From an uncultured beta proteobacterium (GTDB lineage Bacteria; Pseudomonadota; Gammaproteobacteria; Burkholderiales; Burkholderiaceae), in contig CAWIRZ010000048.1 in NCBI GenBank assembly GCA_963838695.1, forward strand, positions 49,053 to 113,052: DNA of 64,000 bases, read 5' to 3'. The notes beneath the pieces were generated by a model that worked only from the letters and a program-made list of their open reading frames with translations, was not told where the DNA came from and made no database searches. Below are positions 19,576 through 28,532 of the stretch, piece after piece (position 1 is the first letter of the stretch; each line of letters opens with the position of its first letter). Both the position numbers and the translations under genes were made by a program.

Positions 19576-20543
19576 GTCTTCGCATGCATAAAGTCATTTA
19601 CGACACCGACCCGGGCGTCGACGACGCAATGGCGCTCGTCTTTCAGGCGCAGCATCCGGAAATCGAATTGCTGGGCGTGACGAGCGTATTCGGCAATTCG
19701 ACGATCGAGACGACGACGCGCAACGCGCGCTATCTCGTCGAGCGGTTCGCGCCTGGAGTGGCCGTCGCGAAAGGGGCAGCCGCGCCGTTGCGCCGAACCG
19801 CTCCGGCACCCGTCGACTGGATTCACGGTAGCGACGGCCTCGGGAATATCGGCGCGCAGCCGGCCGGGCGCAGCGTACTCGACGCACGCCCGGCGCATCG
19901 CTTCATCGTCGATACCGTTCGTGCGCACCCCGGCGAGGTCACGCTGATCGCCGTCGGCCCGCTGACGAACCTCGCGCTTGCGCTCGATGAGGATCCAGAC
20001 ATCGCGCGGCTGGTGAAGCAAGTGATCGTGATGGGCGGCGCGTTCGGCACGAATGGCGTCAACGGCAATGTATCGCCGGCGGCCGAGGCGAACATGGCGG
20101 GCGACCCCGATGCGGCCGATATCGTCTTCGGCGCGGCGTGGCCCGTTGCGATCGTGGGGTTGGACGTGACGGAAAGCACCGTAATGACAACGGACTATCT
20201 CGCCAAGCTGCGCGACGAGGCTGGCGCGGCAGGGCGATTCGTTTGGGACGTTTCTCGACACTACGAAGCGTTTCACCAGTCGAGCGTCGGGCTCGGCGGC
20301 ATTTTTGTACACGATTCGTCGGCCGTCGCTTATCTGCTCGAGCCGCAACTTTATACAACTCGCAGCGGCCCGGTTCGGGTGCTGACCGACGGCATTGCCG
20401 CGGGGCATACGCTGCAGAAGCCGGCCGGCTTTGCAGCGCCTGCTCCCGAATGGGATGGCCGGCCTTCATGCGAGGTATGCGTGGGTGTCGATAGCGCGCA
20501 AATGCTTGCGCTTTACGCACGCACCCTGGGCGCGAAGGGGTAA
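19572..20543 (+). CDS. nucleoside hydrolase (IUNH family)
   Basis: 'VIYDTDPGVDDAMAL' is the N-terminal DxDxxxDD motif. Its ATG overlaps the cdd stop (ATGA). Confidence 0.85.
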   Translation: MSLRMHKVIYDTDPGVDDAMALVFQAQHPEIELLGVTSVFGNSTIETTTRNARYLVERFAPGVAVAKGAAAPLRRTAPAPVDWIHGSDGLGNIGAQPAGRSVLDARPAHRFIVDTVRAHPGEVTLIAVGPLTNLALALDEDPDIARLVKQVIVMGGAFGTNGVNGNVSPAAEANMAGDPDAADIVFGAAWPVAIVGLDVTESTVMTTDYLAKLRDEAGAAGRFVWDVSRHYEAFHQSSVGLGGIFVHDSSAVAYLLEPQLYTTRSGPVRVLTDGIAAGHTLQKPAGFAAPAPEWDGRPSCEVCVGVDSAQMLALYARTLGAKG

Positions 20544-20676
20544 GCGCTTAGCGGGGGCTCCTCCGCCTTCGCCGGTCAGCTCCCGAAAACGCTCACCTCA
20601 GGGGGAAATCGGCGAGCTGCGGAGCCTTATTCCAGGCGGTCTGCGGGCGTCGCGGCAGGGCAGGTCCTGCAAACCC

Positions 20677-21417
20677 TCACCTTTCGAGTGTTCCGGCCGC
20701 CGCTCGCACCGCCGTTTCGCGTTCCGATGCCCACCAGCGCAGCAATGCGCGCGTATTCGAAAAGATCGTTTTCTTCACAAAATCGAGTTTTTCGGCGTCC
20801 ATCGAGGTCCAGCCGAAGAGGGCCAGCACATTGCGCGGCGCTATGTGAAATAACGCGAACTGGCCGTTTAGCGCGATCAAACGCACAATGGTTAGCGGAT
20901 CGCTCGGTGCCGTTCCACAGATCTTCGAAATGATCTTCGCCGCCACATCGTTCAGCGGGCCGCGCACGCGCCGCTGAAACGTCTCGGTCGCGATCTGCGG
21001 TTCTTGCCCGCCTTGCTCGCGCACGAAAAACAGCCGCAATCCCGGCGCGCTCGGCTGTTCCATGGCCTTGTCCATCATCACGCATTGCAAGTCGACGAAT
21101 GCCTCGATCAGTTGTGCGAGGTCGTCGGTGGATTCGACCGTCGCCGCCGAGTGGCGCACGACCGGCTCGAATTTACTCCAGACCTCATCGGCCAAATGCT
21201 CCGCGCATGCCCGATACACCCCTTCCTTGTTTTCGAAGTAGTACTGCAAGGCCGGCGCGTTGACACCCGCGTGCGCAGCGATGTCGCGCGTCGAAGCCGC
21301 GACGAATCCATGCTCCCCGAATAGTTCGATCGCGGAACGGATGATACGAAGGCGTGTTTCTTCGCCGCGCGCGTAGCCCCCTTCGGTGGAACGGCGAGGG
21401 CGCTTCGTCTCGGTCAT
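20677..21417 (-). CDS. TetR-family transcriptional regulator
   Basis: 'RLRIIRSAIELFGEHGFVAASTRDIAAHAGVNAPALQYYFENKEGVY'. Divergent from the efflux pair. Confidence 0.85.
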   Translation of the reverse strand: MTETKRPRRSTEGGYARGEETRLRIIRSAIELFGEHGFVAASTRDIAAHAGVNAPALQYYFENKEGVYRACAEHLADEVWSKFEPVVRHSAATVESTDDLAQLIEAFVDLQCVMMDKAMEQPSAPGLRLFFVREQGGQEPQIATETFQRRVRGPLNDVAAKIISKICGTAPSDPLTIVRLIALNGQFALFHIAPRNVLALFGWTSMDAEKLDFVKKTIFSNTRALLRWWASERETAVRAAAGTLER

Positions 21418-21540
21418 GGCGTCAATCCTTTCTAACAGTTACGGCTGGCTGGCCGTTAGAAATATATCACTTGACACATTTCTTCCAACTGGAATAATTG
21501 TGTGACATTTCACCCCATCTCTTCGTAGGAAGCCCGAATC

Positions 21541-22683
21541 ATGGCAACGACAATCGAGGCTCGGCCACGCGGCGACACGCGCCAAGACGCAGGCGGCGGT
21601 GCCCCGCGTCGGGCGCGCAAGCGTGGCTGGGTGATCGGCGCGGTGATCGTCGCGCTCGTGGCCGCAACGGCGTGGTTCGCGCATTGGTGGACGGTCGGGC
21701 GTTTCATCGAAAGCACCGAAGACGCGTATCTGCAAGCCGACAGCGTGACCGTCGCCCCGAAAATCAGCGGCTACGTCACGCAAGTCTATGTGCACGATAA
21801 CCAGGCGGTGGCGGCCGGTGCGCCGCTGGTGCGGCTCGATATTCGGCAGTACGAAGCATCGCTCGCGCAGGCGCAAGCGACGGTGGATGCCCGTGAAGCG
21901 GATCTTGCGCGAGCACAAGCCGATCTGAAGCAGCAGCAGGCGGCGGTGCTACAAGCGCAGGCGCAAGAGCAAGTGGCTCAGGTCGTGGCACGGCACGCGC
22001 AAGACGACGTGCGGCGCTATGCCCCGCTCACGGCGGCCGGGGCGGAAACCCAGGAACGGCTCGCGAGTTTGGTCAGCACGCGCGATCAAGCGCGCGCCAC
22101 GGTCGCGGCCAACGCCGCGGCCGTGCGTTCGGCCGAGACGCAAATCGATGCGACGACGGCTCAGATCGCCCAGGCGCGAGCCCAGGTGGAAGCGGCGCGC
22201 GCCAGCTTGCGCCAGGCGCAGCTCGATGTGAACGACACGACGCTCTATAGCTCGATCGCGGGCCGCATCGGCGATCGTTCCGTGCGCGTCGGTCAATACG
22301 TGCAGCCGGGTACGCGCTTATTGACGGTGGTGCCGGTGCAAAGCATCTACCTCGAAGCCAATTTCAAGGAGACGCAGATCGGCCACATGCGCGCGGGCCA
22401 GCAGGCGACGCTGCATATCGACGCGCTGCGCGGCATCGATTTACATGGCGTTGTCGATAGCTTCTCGCCGGGGACCGGTGCGCAATTCGCGTTGCTTCCG
22501 CCGGAAAACGCAACGGGCAACTTCACGAAGATCGTGCAACGCGTCCCGGTGCGGATTCGGGTCGATGCAGGGCCGCGAACGCGTGCCTTGCTTCTGCCTG
22601 GCTTGTCGGTGACGGTCGATGTCGATACGCGCACCGCGCGGGACGACGATCGGCATCTCGCCGCCGAGAACGAGCATGGCTGA
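21541..22683 (+). CDS. HlyD/EmrA-type membrane fusion protein
   Basis: Single N-terminal TM segment. 'TEDAYLQADSVTVAPKISGYV', a long Ala/Gln coiled coil, and 'NFTKIVQRVPVRI'. Confidence 0.85.
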   Translation: MATTIEARPRGDTRQDAGGGAPRRARKRGWVIGAVIVALVAATAWFAHWWTVGRFIESTEDAYLQADSVTVAPKISGYVTQVYVHDNQAVAAGAPLVRLDIRQYEASLAQAQATVDAREADLARAQADLKQQQAAVLQAQAQEQVAQVVARHAQDDVRRYAPLTAAGAETQERLASLVSTRDQARATVAANAAAVRSAETQIDATTAQIAQARAQVEAARASLRQAQLDVNDTTLYSSIAGRIGDRSVRVGQYVQPGTRLLTVVPVQSIYLEANFKETQIGHMRAGQQATLHIDALRGIDLHGVVDSFSPGTGAQFALLPPENATGNFTKIVQRVPVRIRVDAGPRTRALLLPGLSVTVDVDTRTARDDDRHLAAENEHG

Positions 22684-24277
22684 CGCCACTTTGCAGGCGG
22701 GCGCCGACGGCGCGCCGGGGCATCCCGAGCGCGCGAATGCCAGCGATTGGATCGCGGTGGCGGCCGGTTCGCTGGGGGCATTGATGGCGACGCTCGACAT
22801 CTCGATCACGAACTCGGCACTCCCGCAGATTCAGGGCTCCGTCGGTGCGACGGGCACTGAAGGCACGTGGATCTCGACGGGTTATCTGATGTCGGAGATC
22901 GTCATGATCCCGCTCGCCGCATGGCTCACGCGCGTATTCGGGCTGCGCAATTTCTTGCTGACGAACGCCGCGTTGTTCATGGCATTCTCGATGATTTGCG
23001 GCGCATCGCACTCGCTGGCGTGGATGATCGCCGGCCGCGTGGGCCAGGGCTTCACGGGCGGAGCGATGATTCCGACGGCGCAGACGATCATCCGCACGCG
23101 GCTGCCGCGCGCGCAGCTTGCCGTCGGCATGACGATCTTCGGGCTGATCGTCTTGCTCGGGCCGCTGCTTGGGCCCGTGCTAGGCGGATGGCTCGCCGAG
23201 AACGTGTCATGGAACTGGTGCTTTTTCATTAACTTGCCCGTCTGTATCGCCCTCATCGCGCTATTGGTCGCGGGGCTACCGTCCAGTCCGCCGCATTGGC
23301 ACGAGTTCATCAACGCGGATTGGGTCGGCATCGTGGGCCTATCGATCGGCCTCAGTTCGCTCACGCTCGTGCTCGAAGAAGGGCAGCGCGAGCAATGGTT
23401 CGAGTCGAGCGAAATCGTGATGTTTTCGGCTGTGGCGTTGCTCGGCTTCATCCTGATCGGCGTCTCGCAGTTCGTCGCGGCCAAACCGATCATTCGGCTG
23501 TCGCTGCTGCGCAACGCGCGTTATGCGAGCGTTATCGTCATCGTCTCCGCCGTGGGCGCGGCGCTGTACGGCATTTCTTATCTCGTGCCGCAGTTCTTGA
23601 GTCTCGTCGCCGGTTACAACGCCGAGCAAGCGGGCAACATCATGCTGCTTTCCGGTGTGCCGGCGTTTCTGATGATGCCGATGCTGCCGCGCCTGCTCGC
23701 GAAGGTCGATTTTCGCCTGATGGTCGTAGCCGGCCTGGGTTTTTACATCGTCAGCTGTGTGCTCGATACGAGTCTCACCGCGCAAAGCACCGGTCACGAT
23801 TTCGTCTGGTCGCAATTGTTGCGCGGCGTCGGGCAGATGCTGGCGATGATGCCGCTCAATCAGGCGTCGATGGCGGCCGTCTCGAGGGAAGACTCGGGCG
23901 ATGCCGCGGGGCTGTACAACATGGCGCGCAATCTCGGGGGCTCGATGGGGCTCGCCGTGATCGGCGTCGTCATCGATCGGCGCAACGCGTTTCACATCGC
24001 CACGCTGCGCGAATCCGTGACGGCGAATTCGCTGATCGGCCAGGAACGGCTTGCGGCGAACGCGGCCGGCTGGCTCGCGCGAAACGGCGACGCCGCCTAC
24101 TCGAAGATGCAGGCCCTCGCGCAGTTCGCCGGGCAGATTCGGCAACAAGCGGCCGTGATGACGTTTTCCGAAACGTTCTACCTGCTGGCCGTTGCGCTCG
24201 CGGCTTGCGTCCCGCTAGCCCTGCTGTTGAGACGGCCGGCGCCGCAGCCGGACGGCCCGGCTTCGGCCGGGCACTGA
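22676..24277 (+). CDS. DHA2 (EmrB/QacA) family MFS efflux transporter
   Basis: 'LMATLDISITNSALPQIQGS' plus a 14-TM-type length. Its start overlaps the MFP gene stop. Confidence 0.85.
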   Translation: MADATLQAGADGAPGHPERANASDWIAVAAGSLGALMATLDISITNSALPQIQGSVGATGTEGTWISTGYLMSEIVMIPLAAWLTRVFGLRNFLLTNAALFMAFSMICGASHSLAWMIAGRVGQGFTGGAMIPTAQTIIRTRLPRAQLAVGMTIFGLIVLLGPLLGPVLGGWLAENVSWNWCFFINLPVCIALIALLVAGLPSSPPHWHEFINADWVGIVGLSIGLSSLTLVLEEGQREQWFESSEIVMFSAVALLGFILIGVSQFVAAKPIIRLSLLRNARYASVIVIVSAVGAALYGISYLVPQFLSLVAGYNAEQAGNIMLLSGVPAFLMMPMLPRLLAKVDFRLMVVAGLGFYIVSCVLDTSLTAQSTGHDFVWSQLLRGVGQMLAMMPLNQASMAAVSREDSGDAAGLYNMARNLGGSMGLAVIGVVIDRRNAFHIATLRESVTANSLIGQERLAANAAGWLARNGDAAYSKMQALAQFAGQIRQQAAVMTFSETFYLLAVALAACVPLALLLRRPAPQPDGPASAGH

Positions 24278-24440
24278 ACTTCGGAACGGCAGCAGCTTTT
24301 ACAAGCGCTGTAATTCCGACAGTAGGCGGCGGCGCCCGGTCTCCTTTCGAAAGGCTGTCGACGCACCGAGCGCCCCGCGATCGCCGCAAAAAAAAATCGA
24401 ACAAAAAGGCGGTGCGGAGCGCGGAAACAAACATCGATAG

Positions 24441-24480
24441 GCCCGCGCAAGGCTGTCCGCGCGGGCTTCTGCATTTTTTT
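24441..24480 (+). terminator. putative intrinsic terminator
   Basis: Stem GCCCGCGC (24441-48) pairs with GCGCGGGC (24459-66). A T7 run follows at 24474-80 after a 7-nt gap, so the geometry is imperfect. Confidence 0.45.
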
Positions 24481-24545
24481 GAAATAATTTCGATCTTTAC
24501 TGGGAATACTTTGTTCGTAGGCTAGTGCGGCTAGAGGAGAAGCGC

Positions 24546-26468
24546 ATGAGCCATGATTTTTTCGCAGCCGCCACCGCCACGCTGGATCGACACGACGAAG
24601 CCCACGCGGCCCCGCAGCCGGTGCCGAGCACGCGCATGCGCACGCCCCGCGTGGCGATCGTGCACGATTGGCTCGTTACCTACGCAGGCGCTGAGCGTGT
24701 GCTCGAGCAAATGATCGCGTGTTTTCCTCAGGCGGAAATCTTCAGCCTCGTGGATTTCATCGAGGATCGCAAGTTCTTGCACGGCAAACGTGCGACGACA
24801 TCGTTCATTCAACGCCTGCCGCTCGCGCGCAAGAAGTACCGCGCCTACTTGCCGCTGATGCCGCTCGCGATCGAGCAACTGGACCTGAGCGCCTACGACC
24901 TCGTTATTTCGAGCAGCCATGCCGTCGCCAAGGGCGTGCTCACGGGCCCCGATCAGGTGCATGTCAGCTACGTGCATTCGCCCATTCGCTACGCTTGGGA
25001 TTTGCAGCATCAATACCTCGAGCAATCGAATCTGACGAGCGGCTTGCGCTCGGCCATGGCGCGCATAGTGTTGCACTACATTCGCAATTGGGATACGCGC
25101 ACCTCCAATTCAGTCGACCATTTCGTCGCCAATTCGCAATTCATTGCACGTCGTATCAGGAAGGTCTATCACCGCGACTCTCGTGTGATTTTTCCGCCCG
25201 TCGATGTGCATGCGTTCATCGTCGGCGAAGAGAAGGAGGACTTCTATCTCACGGCCTCGCGCATGGTGCCGTACAAGAAGATCGATCTGATTGTCGAAGC
25301 GTTCTCGCGTATGCCCGGCAAGCGCCTGGTCGTGATCGGCGACGGCCCCGAGATGAAGGCGATTCGCGCCAAGGCGGGGCCGAACGTCGAAATCCTCGGG
25401 TATCAGCCGTTCGCCGTGCTTCACGACCATATGCGTCGAGCGAAGGCGTTCGTCTTCGCCGCGGAGGAAGACTTCGGCATCGCACCCGTCGAGGCGCAGG
25501 CATGCGGCACACCCATCATCGCGTTCGGCAAGGGCGGGGTGCTCGAAACGGTGCGCGAGTTGGGCCAAGCGCGGCCCACCGGCGTTTTCTTCCGCGAGCA
25601 AAGCGTGCCGTCCGTTGTCGGTGCCGTGCGCGAGTTCGAGCACAATTCGCATCGCTTTTCGGCGCGGGATTGCCGCCTGAATGCCGAGCGGTTTTCGATC
25701 GAGACGTTTCGCGAGCGTTTCATGGCGTTCGTTGAACAAGTCATGCCCGGGGCGACGAAGCACGGCGACGACGCGCCCGCATCGGGCAGCGCGGGCGGCG
25801 TCTCTTCCACAGCAGCGCCCGCGGCGGTCCGCGTGCTCGCGCTCGATCAAAGCGGTGGGCTCGACGATGCGGAACTCTCGTTGCTGAACGTCGCGAGTCA
25901 TCTGAGGGAATCGGTAGAAGTGGTGCTGTTCGACGACGGCCCATTCCGTCTTGCGCTCGAAGAAGCCGGCGTGGCTGTGGATGTCCTCGATGCGCCCGCG
26001 CTTTATCCCGTGACGGGGCGCACGAGGCCGCCGAAGTCGCGCACGCTCTCCGGTATCGCGTCGCTGGTGCGCGAGACGGTGAAGCGCGCACGACACGTCG
26101 ACGTCATCTATGCCAATACGCCGCGCACAATGCTCGTCGGCGCGCTGGCCGGGATGATCGTCCGCCGCCCGGTGGTATGGCACTTGCGTCAAAGCGTTGG
26201 GACGGATCCCCTCGGGCGCATTCAGCGTCTCGCGCTGAAGTGGTGTGCGCGCGTGGCGCTCGATCGCGCGATTGCCGACAGTGCGGCTTCAAAGCACGCG
26301 TTCGAGGCGTTTACGAAAGCACCGCGGTTGCGGATCGATGTCGTGGATGAAGAACCGCACGCACCACGCCATGCCGAGCCGGCTAAATCTCAGTCGTACG
26401 CGCCTCGCAAGCAAATCGAGAGCGTATCGGCCATTCTCGCGCAAGCCGCCATGCGTGGGGCCCGCTGA
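24546..26468 (+). CDS. GT4-family glycosyltransferase with an extra C-terminal GT-B N-lobe-like segment
   Basis: 'RVAIVHDWLVTYAGAERVLEQM' through 'EDFGIAPVEAQACGTPIIAF' forms a complete GT4 enzyme. After an Ala/Ser/Gly linker, 'VRVLALDQSGGLDDAELSLLNVASHL...VDVIYANTP' resembles a second Glyco_trans_4 N-lobe without its C-lobe. Confidence 0.75.
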   Translation: MSHDFFAAATATLDRHDEAHAAPQPVPSTRMRTPRVAIVHDWLVTYAGAERVLEQMIACFPQAEIFSLVDFIEDRKFLHGKRATTSFIQRLPLARKKYRAYLPLMPLAIEQLDLSAYDLVISSSHAVAKGVLTGPDQVHVSYVHSPIRYAWDLQHQYLEQSNLTSGLRSAMARIVLHYIRNWDTRTSNSVDHFVANSQFIARRIRKVYHRDSRVIFPPVDVHAFIVGEEKEDFYLTASRMVPYKKIDLIVEAFSRMPGKRLVVIGDGPEMKAIRAKAGPNVEILGYQPFAVLHDHMRRAKAFVFAAEEDFGIAPVEAQACGTPIIAFGKGGVLETVRELGQARPTGVFFREQSVPSVVGAVREFEHNSHRFSARDCRLNAERFSIETFRERFMAFVEQVMPGATKHGDDAPASGSAGGVSSTAAPAAVRVLALDQSGGLDDAELSLLNVASHLRESVEVVLFDDGPFRLALEEAGVAVDVLDAPALYPVTGRTRPPKSRTLSGIASLVRETVKRARHVDVIYANTPRTMLVGALAGMIVRRPVVWHLRQSVGTDPLGRIQRLALKWCARVALDRAIADSAASKHAFEAFTKAPRLRIDVVDEEPHAPRHAEPAKSQSYAPRKQIESVSAILAQAAMRGAR

Positions 26469-26786
26469 TCCCAGCGGGAGCATGCCGCCATCGCGGCGGT
26501 ATGCGAACGAGCGGCGTGTGTCGCACGAAACAGCCTGTGTGGTCGCTCGTGCGTCGATCTGTGCCGCTCACGATGTATGAGCGAGACAAGATGCCCACTA
26601 TTTGAATAGATAGCTGTATTTCGGCGGGTTCGAATCAACAATGCGCGTCGCACAATGTGGCCGCGCAGCGACCGGCGTTTTGATTGGTAACGTGCGATCG
26701 ATCGCGATCGATCGCATCGAGCGGCGCGCGGCTTGGGATGGGTTCGCGCCACGGTTGCGATAACAATTACCCCAAGGGAACGAACT

Positions 26787-27677
26787 ATGTTGAAAGTCAC
26801 TAAAGCGGTGTTTCCAGTGGCGGGACTGGGCACACGGTTCCTGCCAGCCACCAAGGCAAGCCCCAAGGAGATGCTGCCTGTCGTCGATAAACCGTTGATC
26901 CAGTACGCGGTTGAGGAGGCGATCGAGGCGGGCATTACCGAACTCATCTTCGTGACGGGCCGCAGCAAGCGCGCGATCGAGGATCACTTCGATACGTCAT
27001 ATGAAATCGAGGCCGAACTCGAGGCGCGCGGCAAGGAGAAGCTGCTCGAATTGGTGCGCGGAATCAAGCCTAGCCATGTCGATTGCTTTTATGTGCGTCA
27101 GCCGGCGGCGCGCGGGCTTGGCCATGCTGTGCTGTGCGCGGAAAAGCTCGTCTCCGACAGCCCCTTCGCCGTGATCTTGGCCGACGATCTGCTGCACGGC
27201 AGCCAGCCGGTGATGAAGCAGATGATCGACGTCTTCAATCACTATCACAGCACCATCATCGGCGTCGAAGCGATCGAGCGCGAGGACAGCCGTTCGTACG
27301 GCATCGTCGAAGGACGCGAGTGGGAAGAGGGCATCTTCAAGCTGTCCGGCATCGTCGAAAAACCCTCTCCCGAGGCCGCGCCGTCGAATCTCGGCGTCGT
27401 GGGCCGGTATGTCTTGATGCCGAGCATCTTCGAGCACCTGCGTCGGCTCGAGCCCTCCGTGCAGGGCGAATTGCAATTGACGGATGCGCTGCACGCGCTG
27501 TTGGCCGAGGAACAAGTGCTCGCGTACCGGTATTACGGGCAGCGCTTCGATTGCGGCAGCAAGCTCGGTTATCTGAAAGCGACGGTCGAATTCGCCTTGC
27601 GGCACCCCGAGATCGGATCGGCATTCGGTTCGTACTTGCGCGATTATGTGGGCCATCTCGCGCCGTCTTCGTCTTAA
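26787..27677 (+). CDS. galU: UTP-glucose-1-phosphate uridylyltransferase
   Basis: 'KAVFPVAGLGTRFLPATKASPKEMLPVVDKPLIQY' is the GalU signature. Confidence 0.9.
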   Translation: MLKVTKAVFPVAGLGTRFLPATKASPKEMLPVVDKPLIQYAVEEAIEAGITELIFVTGRSKRAIEDHFDTSYEIEAELEARGKEKLLELVRGIKPSHVDCFYVRQPAARGLGHAVLCAEKLVSDSPFAVILADDLLHGSQPVMKQMIDVFNHYHSTIIGVEAIEREDSRSYGIVEGREWEEGIFKLSGIVEKPSPEAAPSNLGVVGRYVLMPSIFEHLRRLEPSVQGELQLTDALHALLAEEQVLAYRYYGQRFDCGSKLGYLKATVEFALRHPEIGSAFGSYLRDYVGHLAPSSS

Positions 27678-28005
27678 CGGCGAAACGGCGTATCCGGGGC
27701 AAGAGCGGTCTTCCCCAAGCACCCTGGCTGTACTGCTTTATCCCTTTTGCGTGTCGCGCGCCCGGCGAAAGCCGCGTGCGCGCGTTCGCATGCCTGCCTG
27801 CGCTCGCATTCGTCTTGGCATTCGTATTCATCAAGCAGACACGATTTCTTCCTATCCTGGTCGGCCGTTCAGTGCCGTGCCGTCGTGAAGCGGTGTCGGC
27901 TGTAGCGAACGCGTTTTCGATGAGGAGCATCGAGTGGCGATGATCGAGCGACGACCGCGGTTGGGCCATCCTCCGCGCAGCAAACCTTTGTTGCGCGGCT
28001 TGCCG

Positions 28006-28269
28006 ATGGTGCCGACGCATGGGCGCAGGTTGCTCGTGGCGATGACGGCCGCGATCGCGTGCGCTGTCGCGGCGGGATGCGACGGTGGGCATCAGGATGG
28101 CGACGCCCGCGCGCACGCGGGGGATGCCGCGCCCATGCTGCCCGGCACGCGCGGCGCTGCCGCTGCGGTGGCGAGCGCCGGGGCACAGCGCTTCGACGAC
28201 GCCGACGGAGCGCAAGCGCACGCCGCATCGGATGCGCTGCTGCCGCCGGTGATGCATACCGCCGACTGA
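28006..28269 (+). CDS. possible small lipoprotein (weak call)
   Basis: 'MVPTHGRRLLVAMTAAIACAVAAGC' is lipobox-like. The rest is low complexity in a high-GC background. Confidence 0.3.
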   Translation: MVPTHGRRLLVAMTAAIACAVAAGCDGGHQDGDARAHAGDAAPMLPGTRGAAAAVASAGAQRFDDADGAQAHAASDALLPPVMHTAD

Positions 28270-28532
28270 ATCGTTGGTTTCCTTGTTGGTTCGCTTGCTG
28301 TGCTGCTCTGCTCTGCTGTTGTCCCGCTGTGCGGCTAAGCCGCGGTTGCCGCAACGCCGTTCGCATCGCCCGTCGCTTATTGCTTACCGCCTATCGACTA
28401 TCGACTATCGCTTGTTTTCGTAGTGCTGTCCGTTGCTCTTCCGGTCGTTCGTTTTGCCGTAGTGCGCCGATGCGCGTCGCTTGGGCGACGCCGTCTTCCG
28501 TTCCAATCCTTCGCCAGAAACACGAATTCCCT

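Noticed and set aside
28059-28532. 158-codon N-terminal extension of the phospholipase C ORF
   Set aside because: The extension is Arg/Cys-rich nonsense. A canonical Tat signal (SRRDFLR) starts at ATG 28533.
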